Shown piece by piece: positions 30,923-39,249 of a stretch of DNA of 64,000 nt. Positions within the stretch are counted from its first letter, which is position 1, and every line of letters begins with the position of its first letter. Below the pieces are notes generated by a model that did not search any database, was not told the DNA's origin, and worked only from the letters and a program-made list of their open reading frames with translations. The position numbers were made by a program, and so were the translations under genes. This stretch comes from an uncultured Chitinophagaceae bacterium (GTDB taxonomy: Bacteria; Bacteroidota; Ignavibacteria; UBA10030; UBA8401), in NCBI GenBank assembly GCA_964367235.1, contig CAYIXI010000001.1, positions 14,878-78,877 on the forward strand. Reading direction: 5' to 3'.

Positions 30923-32284
30923 TTAAAAGTGGGAAGTCAATTCAGTTTTAAAAATATCTACAAGCGAATTTGCAAGTGCAATTGATTTTGCTTCGGCAAT
31001 AATCCTTATAATTGGCTCGGTATTTGAAGCGCGTAAATGCACCCACGAATCGGCAAAATCAATTTTCACACCATCAATTGTTGTGATGTTTTCAGCGCAA
31101 TATTTTTCTTCAATTATTTTTAAAATTTTATTTGCGTTTCCAGTTGTAAAATCAATTTTACCTTTTGATATAAAATATTGTGGAAGTGCCTTTTTTAATT
31201 CCGAAGCTGACTTGTTAGACTCGGTTAAGTATTGCAAAAATAATCCGATGCCAACAATTGCATCGCGCCCAATGTGTAATTCGGGAAAAATTACTCCGCC
31301 ACTTCCTTCGCCACCAATCACACAATTTTCTTTTTTCATTAAAGTTGCGACATTAATTTCTCCAACTGCAGTGCGAAAAACTTGCGCGCCATATTTTTTT
31401 GCAACATCATCAACAGCTCTTGTAGTTGAAAGATTCACAGCAACAGAACCAAAATTTCTTCCTTGTTTTGATTCGTAATTTAAAATAAAATCAATCACCG
31501 ATGTAACTGTGTATTCTTCAACAAACGGTTCACCAAATTCATTTATCAAAACAAGTCTATCAACATCGGGGTCAACTGCAATTCCGAAATCAGCTTTTTC
31601 TTTTTTTACAAGATCGCAAAGCGCTGTCAAATTTTCGGGGATCGGTTCGGGAGTGTGAGAAAAAATTCCGCTCACATCGCAATTAATCGGAATAATTTCG
31701 CATCCAAATTTTTCAAGCAGTGCAGGAACAATTATTCCACCAGCGGCATTAACGCAATCCAATGCAACTTTAAATTTTTTATTTCTGATTTGTTCTAAAT
31801 TAATTTGAGGAAGATTTAAAATCGCAGAGATATGTCTTTCGATAAATGAGGCGTCGAAAACATGGTCACCTTTAATTTCGCTTTCAGCGATTGAATCGTT
31901 CTCGGCAATATCCCAAAAAATTTTATTTTCATCGGCGTTTAAAAACATTCCAGTTCGCGAAATAAATTTCATTCCATTCCACTGGTTCGGATTATGACTT
32001 GCAGTAATTGAAATTCCGCCATTTGCGTGCAGATGTTCGACTGCAATTTGAACAGTCGGAGTTGGAACAATTCCCAAATCAATTACTGTGCAACCAGCAG
32101 AAGTTAAATATTTTGCAACGGTATTTGAAATTTCTTTTCCGCTTTGGCGACCATCGCGTCCAATAATTATTGTGCCGAATTTAGAATACTTTGCAAATGC
32201 AAAACAATATTTTTTAATTATTTCAGGCGATAAAGTTTCTCCGACAATTCCGCGAATCCCTGAAATGCTAACCATTAATGACAT
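30923..32284 (-). CDS. glmM: Phosphoglucosamine mutase (alpha-D-phosphohexomutase family)
   Basis: Active-site loop TASHNPNQWNGMKF, GIRGIVGE N-terminus; 453 aa. Confidence 0.6.
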   Translation of the reverse strand: MSLMVSISGIRGIVGETLSPEIIKKYCFAFAKYSKFGTIIIGRDGRQSGKEISNTVAKYLTSAGCTVIDLGIVPTPTVQIAVEHLHANGGISITASHNPNQWNGMKFISRTGMFLNADENKIFWDIAENDSIAESEIKGDHVFDASFIERHISAILNLPQINLEQIRNKKFKVALDCVNAAGGIIVPALLEKFGCEIIPINCDVSGIFSHTPEPIPENLTALCDLVKKEKADFGIAVDPDVDRLVLINEFGEPFVEEYTVTSVIDFILNYESKQGRNFGSVAVNLSTTRAVDDVAKKYGAQVFRTAVGEINVATLMKKENCVIGGEGSGGVIFPELHIGRDAIVGIGLFLQYLTESNKSASELKKALPQYFISKGKIDFTTGNANKILKIIEEKYCAENITTIDGVKIDFADSWVHLRASNTEPIIRIIAEAKSIALANSLVDIFKTELTSHF

Positions 32285-32360
32285 AAGTTCTCTCTTTTAT
32301 TTTTACAAAATTACAAAAGTTGCGCTGTATAATCAATTTAAACATTTAGTATATTTTAAT

Positions 32361-34547
32361 ATGATTAAGACTGAAATATTTTTCGTTGAAGGAATGACTT
32401 GCGCAAGTTGTGTCGCCAAAGTTGAAAAAGCAATTAAATCGGTTGATGGAGTTATTGATGTTGCAGTAAACCTTGCAAGTGAAAAAGTAAAAATTGAAAT
32501 CGAAAACGAAAATATAGAAAAAATATTTGAATCTGTTGCGAGCGCAGGTTATAAACTTCTCACAATTTCTTCTGAAAAAAATATTATTGATTTGCAAAAA
32601 GAAACATTCAAAAAAATGGGACGCGAACTTTTATTGAGTGTTGTCTTAACAATTCCGATTACACTTATTTCGATGTTCAGTATGAGCGAGTGGTTTGTTC
32701 GGGTTGTACCACTTTCAATGGAAAATATAAATTACATTTTATTTGCAATGACTTTAATTGTAATTTTAACAAGTGGCAGAAAATTTTATAAAATTGCACT
32801 GAAGCTTGCTCTAAAAAAAACATCCGACATGAATACACTTGTAGCAGTCGGCACAGGAGTTGCTTTTTTATACAGCGCAAGCGTAACATTTTTTCCAAAA
32901 TATTTTTCACTTTACAACATACAACATTCTGATGTTTATTTTGACACAACTGCAACAATCATCACTTTAATTTTACTCGGAAAATATTTTGAAACGCGAG
33001 CAAAAATAAAAATGATTGATTCGATTTCTTCGCTTGTTTCGCTTCAACCAAAAGTTGCGCACATTTTAAAAGATGGAACGATTGAAGATGTATCGGTTGA
33101 TTTTGTAAAAGTTGGCGAGATTTTTATTTTAAAGCCGGGAGAAAAAATTCCATTCGACGCAGTAATTGAATCTGGCTCGACAACTATTGATGAATCAATG
33201 ATTACGGGAGAAAGTCTACCGACTGAAAAAAATATCGGAGACAAAATTATTGGTGGCACAATAAATTTTCAGGGAAGCATTACGGCGAAAATTTTGGCTG
33301 TCGGCAAAAATATGCTTTTATCGCACATTGTTTCGCATGTTGAAAAAGCGCAAAGTTCAAAGGCGCAAATTCAAGGTTTGGCTGATAAAGTAACATCAAT
33401 TTTCGTTCCGATAATTTTTGCGATTTCAATTTCCACTTTTCTGATTTCATATTTTATTTTTGAAATTGATTTTATAATTGCGCTTCTCAACTCAATTGCA
33501 GTTTTAATAATTGCTTGCCCTTGCGCGCTTGGTTTAGCTACGCCAACTGCGTTAATTGTTGCAACAGGAAAAGCCGCGCGAAAAGGAATTCTCGTAAAAA
33601 ATGCGGAGAGTTTGGAACGCTCATGCAATATTCAAACAGTTGTGTTTGATAAAACCGGGACTTTAACCGAAGGAATGCCGAAAGTAAATTCATTTGAAAT
33701 ATTTTTTGGATTTGATGAGAAATATATTTTCCAACTTTTATTTGGGATTGAACAATCTTCCGAGCATCCAATTGCAAAATCGATTGTGAAATATCTGAAA
33801 GAGAAAAACATTTTGCCGATTAATGTAGAAAACTTTGAAGCAAAAATTGGAGTTGGCGCTTTGGCATTTTATGAAAATATAAAACTCGTTGTTGGAAATA
33901 AAAAATTACTCAACGAAGAAAATATTTTAATTCCAGAAAAATATCAAAAAGATGAAAGCCATCTCACAAAAATATTTTTTGCAGTCGATAGAAAAATTGC
34001 TTGTGTAATGTTTTTATCTGACACAGTTCAAGAAAATGCACGAGAAGTTATCGAGTCGCTAAAAAAAGAAAAAGTTGATGTGATGATGTTAAGTGGCGAC
34101 ACAGTCCAAAGCGCAAAACAAATTGCAGAGAAACTTGGTATCGTTAGATTTATGGCAATGGTTTCTCCGATGGATAAAAGTTCAATCATAAAAAGTTTGC
34201 AATCAAAAAAAGAAATTGTTGCAATGGTTGGAGATGGAATTAATGATGCGCCAGCACTTGCCCAAGCCGATGTAAGTATTGCGCTTGGAAGAGGAACGGA
34301 AATTGCAATGGAAACTGCCGACATTACTTTAATGAGAAATAATTTAAACGGAGTTTTAGAAATAATAAAACTTTCTCGTCAAACAATGCGCACAATAAAA
34401 CAAAATCTTTTTTGGGCATTCATCTATAATATTATTTGCATTCCACTTGCCGCAGTTGGATTTTTAAGCCCAACAATCGCGTCACTTGCAATGGCAACAA
34501 GTTCAATTAGCGTAATTTTAAATTCACTTCGATTAAAAATTAGATAA
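32361..34547 (+). CDS. copA: Copper-translocating P-type ATPase
   Basis: N-terminal HMA domain GMTCASCVAKVEKA, CPC transmembrane motif, DKTGTLT, GDGINDAP. The track ORF extends to 32088 but overlaps glmM on the opposite strand; the HMA domain begins at ATG 32361. Confidence 0.9.
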   Translation: MIKTEIFFVEGMTCASCVAKVEKAIKSVDGVIDVAVNLASEKVKIEIENENIEKIFESVASAGYKLLTISSEKNIIDLQKETFKKMGRELLLSVVLTIPITLISMFSMSEWFVRVVPLSMENINYILFAMTLIVILTSGRKFYKIALKLALKKTSDMNTLVAVGTGVAFLYSASVTFFPKYFSLYNIQHSDVYFDTTATIITLILLGKYFETRAKIKMIDSISSLVSLQPKVAHILKDGTIEDVSVDFVKVGEIFILKPGEKIPFDAVIESGSTTIDESMITGESLPTEKNIGDKIIGGTINFQGSITAKILAVGKNMLLSHIVSHVEKAQSSKAQIQGLADKVTSIFVPIIFAISISTFLISYFIFEIDFIIALLNSIAVLIIACPCALGLATPTALIVATGKAARKGILVKNAESLERSCNIQTVVFDKTGTLTEGMPKVNSFEIFFGFDEKYIFQLLFGIEQSSEHPIAKSIVKYLKEKNILPINVENFEAKIGVGALAFYENIKLVVGNKKLLNEENILIPEKYQKDESHLTKIFFAVDRKIACVMFLSDTVQENAREVIESLKKEKVDVMMLSGDTVQSAKQIAEKLGIVRFMAMVSPMDKSSIIKSLQSKKEIVAMVGDGINDAPALAQADVSIALGRGTEIAMETADITLMRNNLNGVLEIIKLSRQTMRTIKQNLFWAFIYNIICIPLAAVGFLSPTIASLAMATSSISVILNSLRLKIR

Positions 34548-34613
34548 ATTTGTGGTTTGACATTCGAGTCAATAATCCTTATAATTGTTTAGAAATCAAC
34601 GACTTAAAGAAAT

Positions 34614-35501
34614 ATGACAAACACAGGTAAAACAGTTTTGTGGATTATTGGAATTTTTTTCGCGTTCGTTTTTATTTTTTGGATATCAATTTGGCAAATA
34701 ATAAAAAGCGATAACGATGATGAATTTATAAAATCTAGTAGTAGCGGAACGGTTGCGATTATTGAGCTGAATGAAGTAATTGAAGAATCGGGCGACATTG
34801 TCCGACAATTAAAAAAATATAAAAAAAATAATTCGGTTAGAAGTATTTTATTGAGAGTGAACTCGCCGGGTGGAGGAGTTGCCGCAAGCCAAGAAATTTA
34901 TGACGAAGTAAAAAAAACACGCAATAGTGGAATTCCAGTTGTAGTTTCGATGGGTTCGGTTGCCGCAAGTGGAGGATATTATATTTCGCTTGGCGCAAAT
35001 AAAATTATGGCAAACCCCGGAACGCTTACTGGAAGCATCGGTGTGATTTTTGAATTTATGCACTTCAATAAAATGTTTGACAAAGTTGGGATTTCAACTA
35101 CAACAATTAAATCTGGAAAATATAAAGATGTTGGTTCGCCTTTTAGAGAGACAAAAGCGGAAGAAAAAATTCGTTTGCAAATAATGCTCGATGATGTTTA
35201 CGCTCAATTTGTTGATGCAGTTGTGATTGAAAGAAAAATGTCGCGCCAAAAAGCGATTGAACTTGCCGATGGAAGCGTTTATACTGGAAGACAAGCATTT
35301 GAACTTGGCTTGATTGATTCGCTTGGAACTTACGAAGATGCAATTATGTTAGCTGGAAAACTTGGCGGAATTGATGGAGAGCCATCGATTTTAAAAGAAA
35401 AGAAAAAAGAAAAATTTTCCGATCTACTTCTTTCGAAAATATTTTCATCTGTAAGTGAAGTAAAAAATGAAACTTTATTAAAATATTCCTTTCAATATTA
35501 A
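34614..35501 (+). CDS. sppA: Signal peptide peptidase SppA (36K type)
   Basis: N-terminal TM anchor, LLRVNSPGGGVAASQEIYDEV and Ser-Lys dyad region. Confidence 0.85.
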   Translation: MTNTGKTVLWIIGIFFAFVFIFWISIWQIIKSDNDDEFIKSSSSGTVAIIELNEVIEESGDIVRQLKKYKKNNSVRSILLRVNSPGGGVAASQEIYDEVKKTRNSGIPVVVSMGSVAASGGYYISLGANKIMANPGTLTGSIGVIFEFMHFNKMFDKVGISTTTIKSGKYKDVGSPFRETKAEEKIRLQIMLDDVYAQFVDAVVIERKMSRQKAIELADGSVYTGRQAFELGLIDSLGTYEDAIMLAGKLGGIDGEPSILKEKKKEKFSDLLLSKIFSSVSEVKNETLLKYSFQY

Positions 35502-35516
35502 ATTTGAGGTGTGAGT

Positions 35517-35816
35517 ATGACAAAAGCAGACATTGTTGAAATAATCGCTAACGGAACAGGATTGACAAAGGTTGAAACCGAAGCAGTTGTCAATGGATTT
35601 ATACAAACTGTAATTCAATCTTTGCGAGATGGAAAAAATATTGAGATTCGTGGATTTGGAAGTTTCCATATTAAAAAAAGAAAAGGACGAATTGCACGAA
35701 ATCCTCGAACAGGTGAGCAAGTTCAAATTAAAGATCATTTTGTGCCAATTTTTAAAATATCAAAAGATTTAAAAAGCACAGTCAACGAATCAATGAAAAA
35801 GGCTTTAGGAATATGA
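35517..35816 (+). CDS. hup: DNA-binding protein HU
   Basis: MTKADIVEIIA ... GFGSFHIKKRKGRIARNPRTGEQV beta-arm motif. GAGGTG RBS 5 nt before ATG 35517 (the track start 35511 is GTG). Confidence 0.85.
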   Translation: MTKADIVEIIANGTGLTKVETEAVVNGFIQTVIQSLRDGKNIEIRGFGSFHIKKRKGRIARNPRTGEQVQIKDHFVPIFKISKDLKSTVNESMKKALGI

Positions 35817-36454
35817 AAAAAATATTTTGCCGTAAATGTAACGCTGAACTAATTGAACAATCTAAATTTTGCGCCAATTGCGGTACTGAAATAAATAAAT
35901 CTTCAAAAAATTCTCCAATAAATATATTTGCAATTGTTGGCATCGTTGCGCTGGCAATTATTTTATATTTTGCACTCAACGAAAATAAAGTTACAAATAG
36001 TCCAGTTTCAAAAACCGATCCGCATGCGAATGTTACAAACCCGGAAGTAATCAGTACAATCAAAACGCTTGAAGAGCATTTAAAAAACGACCCAAATAAT
36101 TTGGAATTTATTTTGGCGCTTGCAAACAGTTTGCAAGATGCGCGATTTTTTCCTCGCGCAATTGAGATGTATAAAAAATATCTTTCACTCAGTCCAAAAA
36201 ACGCCAATGCAAGAGTTGATTTGGGGATTTGTTATTTTGAATCTGGCGATACGGAAAATGCAATTTCGGAAATTAAAATAGCATTGAAGCATGATAAAAA
36301 TCATCAGATGGCAATGTTTAATTTGGGAATAATAAATTTAAATATTGGAAAGATTGAAGAATCGAAATTGTGGTTTCAAAAAACAATTGAATCAAATTCA
36401 AAAACAAACATTGCCGAAAAAGCCAAAGAGCTTCTTTCGCAGCATGTTAATTAA
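35813..36454 (+). CDS. Zinc-ribbon + TM + TPR-repeat protein
   Basis: CRKCNAELIEQSKFCANCG zinc ribbon, one TM helix, then TPR repeats; ATGA overlap with the hup stop. Confidence 0.5.
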   Translation: MKKIFCRKCNAELIEQSKFCANCGTEINKSSKNSPINIFAIVGIVALAIILYFALNENKVTNSPVSKTDPHANVTNPEVISTIKTLEEHLKNDPNNLEFILALANSLQDARFFPRAIEMYKKYLSLSPKNANARVDLGICYFESGDTENAISEIKIALKHDKNHQMAMFNLGIINLNIGKIEESKLWFQKTIESNSKTNIAEKAKELLSQHVN

Positions 36455-36480
36455 AAACTAAATCTTAAGGAGGTCACTTT

Positions 36481-36570
36481 ATGCCAAGCGGCAAAAAAAG
36501 AAAACGCCATAAAATGGCAACTCACAAGCGCAAAAAAAGACTTCGTCTTCAACGACACAAGAAAAAATAA
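36481..36570 (+). CDS. 29-aa highly basic peptide, bS22-like small ribosomal protein candidate (not in ORF track)
   Basis: Perfect SD AAGGAGG 7 nt upstream. MPSGKKRKRHKMATHKRKKRLRLQRHKKK resembles actinobacterial bS22 (KKRRKRMSKKKHRKLLRR). Followed by a terminator. Confidence 0.45.
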   Translation: MPSGKKRKRHKMATHKRKKRLRLQRHKKK

Positions 36571-36583
36571 TCGTTAATTAATT

Positions 36584-36618
36584 TTGACTGCCTGAAAATT
36601 TAGGCAGTCAATTTTTCT
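36584..36618 (+). terminator. Rho-independent terminator
   Basis: TTGACTGCCT-N8-AGGCAGTCAA hairpin followed by TTTTTCTTTT. Confidence 0.7.
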
Positions 36619-36621
36619 TTT

Positions 36622-37470
36622 ATGAAAAAAATTATTCTCATATTATTTTTTTCGCAATCACTTTTTGGATGGGGATTTTGGTCTCATAAAAAAATAAGTG
36701 AAAAGTCAATCGAAATTCTTCCGACTGAGATGAAATATTTTTTCTCTCTCCACAAAGATTATATAATTGAAAACTCCGTTGCACCGGACAAATGGCGATT
36801 CCGTGATAAATCTGAAGGAGCAAAACATTACATCGATTTAGATAGATATGGAAATTATCCTTTCGAAATGATTCCGAAAAAATTTGAAATCGCAATTGAA
36901 AAATATAGTTTAGAAAAAATTAATGAAAATGGAACTCTCCCTTGGGTAATCGAGGATTTCACAGAAAAATTAACGATTGCTTTCAAACAAAAAGATAAAG
37001 AAAAAATTTTGTATTACGCTTCGTGGCTTGCTCATTATGTTAGCGATGCGCATGTTCCGCTTCACACAACCGAAAATTACAACGGACAATTTACAAATCA
37101 ACACGGATTGCATGCGAGATGGGAAACTGAAATCCCAAAAAAATTTGGAAATAAATTTGAATTAAATCCGATTGAACCAAAAATAATTTCAAAAATTAAT
37201 GCAGAAACATTTCGCATAGTTTTAGATAGCTATCAAAATTTAGAAAGAGTTTTAGAATCAGATAAGTTTGCGCAATACGATGAAAAAGGCTTGCCCACAT
37301 TTAAACCGCGTAAAAACAATAAGGAAATGAATTTTTCAAAAAAATATTATCAAATATTTTATAAACGATTAAATCGTTTGGTAGAAAATCGGATGGAGAA
37401 ATCCATCTCTTCAGTTGCAAGTTTTTGGATGACATCGTGGATAAACGCGGGCAAACCAAACTTAAATTGA
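36622..37470 (+). CDS. Secreted S1/P1-family zinc-dependent nuclease
   Basis: Signal peptide then WGFWSH (mature Trp1/His zinc ligands), APDKWR, HYIDL, LAHYVSDAHVPLH, GLHARWE. All conserved S1/P1 metal-ligand motifs are present. Confidence 0.7.
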   Translation: MKKIILILFFSQSLFGWGFWSHKKISEKSIEILPTEMKYFFSLHKDYIIENSVAPDKWRFRDKSEGAKHYIDLDRYGNYPFEMIPKKFEIAIEKYSLEKINENGTLPWVIEDFTEKLTIAFKQKDKEKILYYASWLAHYVSDAHVPLHTTENYNGQFTNQHGLHARWETEIPKKFGNKFELNPIEPKIISKINAETFRIVLDSYQNLERVLESDKFAQYDEKGLPTFKPRKNNKEMNFSKKYYQIFYKRLNRLVENRMEKSISSVASFWMTSWINAGKPNLN

Positions 37471-37506
37471 GTTGACATTATTTTTATTAAATTGTAATTT
37501 GAAATA
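37471..37506 (+). promoter_or_regulatory. Putative promoter TTGACA-N17-TAATTT (with upstream TG) for the ytxH-like gene
   Basis: TTGACA at 37471-37476; TGTAATTT near 37493-37500; AGGAG RBS at about 37517. Confidence 0.3.
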
Positions 37507-37529
37507 AAACAAAATTAAAGGAGAAAAAA

Positions 37530-37856
37530 ATGAGTGAAGAACAAGATGGTGGAATGAAAAAAGGAATGATGCTTGGCTTTTTAGCAGGCGGACTTGTTGG
37601 CGCGTTGGTTGCACTATTATATGCACCGAAACCGGGAAGAGAACTTCGAGCTGATATTAAAAATAAAGCTGAAGAGCTAAAAGATGATGCACAAGATTTT
37701 ATTGCAGAAGCAAAAAATAAAGCAGAGGATTTAATCAACGAAGGAAAGAAAAAAGGAGAAGGATTGATAACCGATGCTAAAAAGAAGGCAACATCAATTT
37801 TAGTAGATGCTGAAAAAATATTAAACGAAGCAAAACAAAAAAATCGTAAATCATAA
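37530..37856 (+). CDS. YtxH-domain protein (general-stress-type small membrane-anchored protein)
   Basis: Gly-rich TM segment GFLAGGLVGALVALLYAPKPG followed by a K/E/A-rich helical tail, typical of YtxH. Confidence 0.55.
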   Translation: MSEEQDGGMKKGMMLGFLAGGLVGALVALLYAPKPGRELRADIKNKAEELKDDAQDFIAEAKNKAEDLINEGKKKGEGLITDAKKKATSILVDAEKILNEAKQKNRKS

Positions 37857-37872
37857 TTTAAAGAGGCATAGC

Positions 37873-38265
37873 GTGGAAAACTTACTTCAACTTGCGCAAA
37901 TAGTTTTACTATTTTCGCTTTCTGCATTAGTAATTTATTTAGTAATTGTTCTTGCAAAATTTAAAGAAACTCTCACAAGCATCTCAAAAGATTTTAGCGA
38001 GATTACTACAAAACTTTTACCAATTTTAGAAAACCTCGATGCAGTTACAACAAAAGTTCGTTCCATTACCGATACAGTTGATGAACAACTTTTACTTTTA
38101 AAATCTTCAGTTGAGTCGATTAAAACAATTACAGATAATATTGTAGCATTCGAGCGAAGAGTGCAAGAACAAATTGAATCGCCTGTGATGGAAGTTGTTG
38201 GATTAATTGCGGGAATAATTAGAAGAGTTGGCGGATTTATTAAAGGTGGAAAGAGTGAGGAATAA
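37873..38265 (+). CDS. DUF948-family protein (YtxG-like), GTG start
   Basis: N-terminal TM helix then a coiled segment; resembles B. subtilis YtxG, the partner of YtxH. Confidence 0.55.
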   Translation: MENLLQLAQIVLLFSLSALVIYLVIVLAKFKETLTSISKDFSEITTKLLPILENLDAVTTKVRSITDTVDEQLLLLKSSVESIKTITDNIVAFERRVQEQIESPVMEVVGLIAGIIRRVGGFIKGGKSEE

Positions 38266-38267
38266 AA

Positions 38268-39188
38268 ATGCCTTTATATAAAAAAATTAAAAAACAACTT
38301 TTTGAAGTTGTAAAAGAAAAGTCTTTTAAATTTGAAAAAGAAATTCAAAGTATAGTCGAACAAAATCTAAAAAGTTTTTTAAATTTAAAGTTTATTAGAA
38401 GTGAATTTCAGATTGGAAACTTAAGAATTGATACTTTAGCGTTTGATGAAGAAACTAATTCGTTCCAAATCATTGAATATAAAAGAGGATCTGATTATTC
38501 TGTTGTTGACCAAGGAATGAGTTATTTAGGCTTATTATTAAATAACAAAGCAGACTTTTTATTAGAGTATAATGAACACTTTAATATTAATTTAAAAAGA
38601 GACGATATTGACTGGTCGCAGTCAAAAGTTATTTTTATTTCTCCATTTTTTAATCAGTATCAAAGAAATTCAATTAATTTTAAAGATTTACCGATTGAAT
38701 TATGGGAAATTTATCGATTTGAAAACAATCTAATTCAGTTAGAACAATACAAATCTACAATAGCTAACGCATCTTTGAAAAGTGTTATCAAAAAAAGTAA
38801 GATTATAACAGAAATTGATAAAGAGTTTTTTAATATTACTGAAGATCATCATCTTAAAAAAGTAAAACCACAAATTAAAGAGACTTATTTAAAATTAAGA
38901 GATTTAATTTTATCGATTGATACAAACATTAGAATTAAACCATTAAAAAAATGGATTGCATTCGTTTCTAAAACAAATTTTGTTGATCTGTCAATATTAA
39001 GTAGTTCAATAAATATTTTTATTAATGTTAAAAAAAATAAACTTATTGACCCAAAAAATTTATCAAGAGATGTATCAAAAATTGGACATTGTGGTAATGG
39101 TGATTACATGGTAAAAATAAAATCAGATGAAAATTTAGTTTATATATTTAATGAATTGATAAAGCAATCTTATAAAATAAATAGTTGA
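38268..39188 (+). CDS. PD-(D/E)xK nuclease-like N-domain protein with uncharacterised C-terminal domain (DUF5655-like?)
   Basis: RIDTLAFDEETNSFQIIEYKRG gives D55 ... E70-x-K72, a NucS/RecB-like catalytic core. Even more AT-rich than its neighbours. GAGG RBS right after the DUF948 stop. Confidence 0.45.
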   Translation: MPLYKKIKKQLFEVVKEKSFKFEKEIQSIVEQNLKSFLNLKFIRSEFQIGNLRIDTLAFDEETNSFQIIEYKRGSDYSVVDQGMSYLGLLLNNKADFLLEYNEHFNINLKRDDIDWSQSKVIFISPFFNQYQRNSINFKDLPIELWEIYRFENNLIQLEQYKSTIANASLKSVIKKSKIITEIDKEFFNITEDHHLKKVKPQIKETYLKLRDLILSIDTNIRIKPLKKWIAFVSKTNFVDLSILSSSINIFINVKKNKLIDPKNLSRDVSKIGHCGNGDYMVKIKSDENLVYIFNELIKQSYKINS

Positions 39189-39249
39189 AATTTTAAAAAA
39201 ATAGGATTTCAAAAAACTGACAAAATAATCACATAGGAGAAAAATCTAC

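Noticed and set aside
32088-32360. Long in-frame N-terminal extension of the copA ORF (track start 32088)
   Set aside because: It overlaps the glmM coding region on the opposite strand. The recognisable HMA domain begins at the in-frame ATG 32361, so the upstream extension is a chance open frame.
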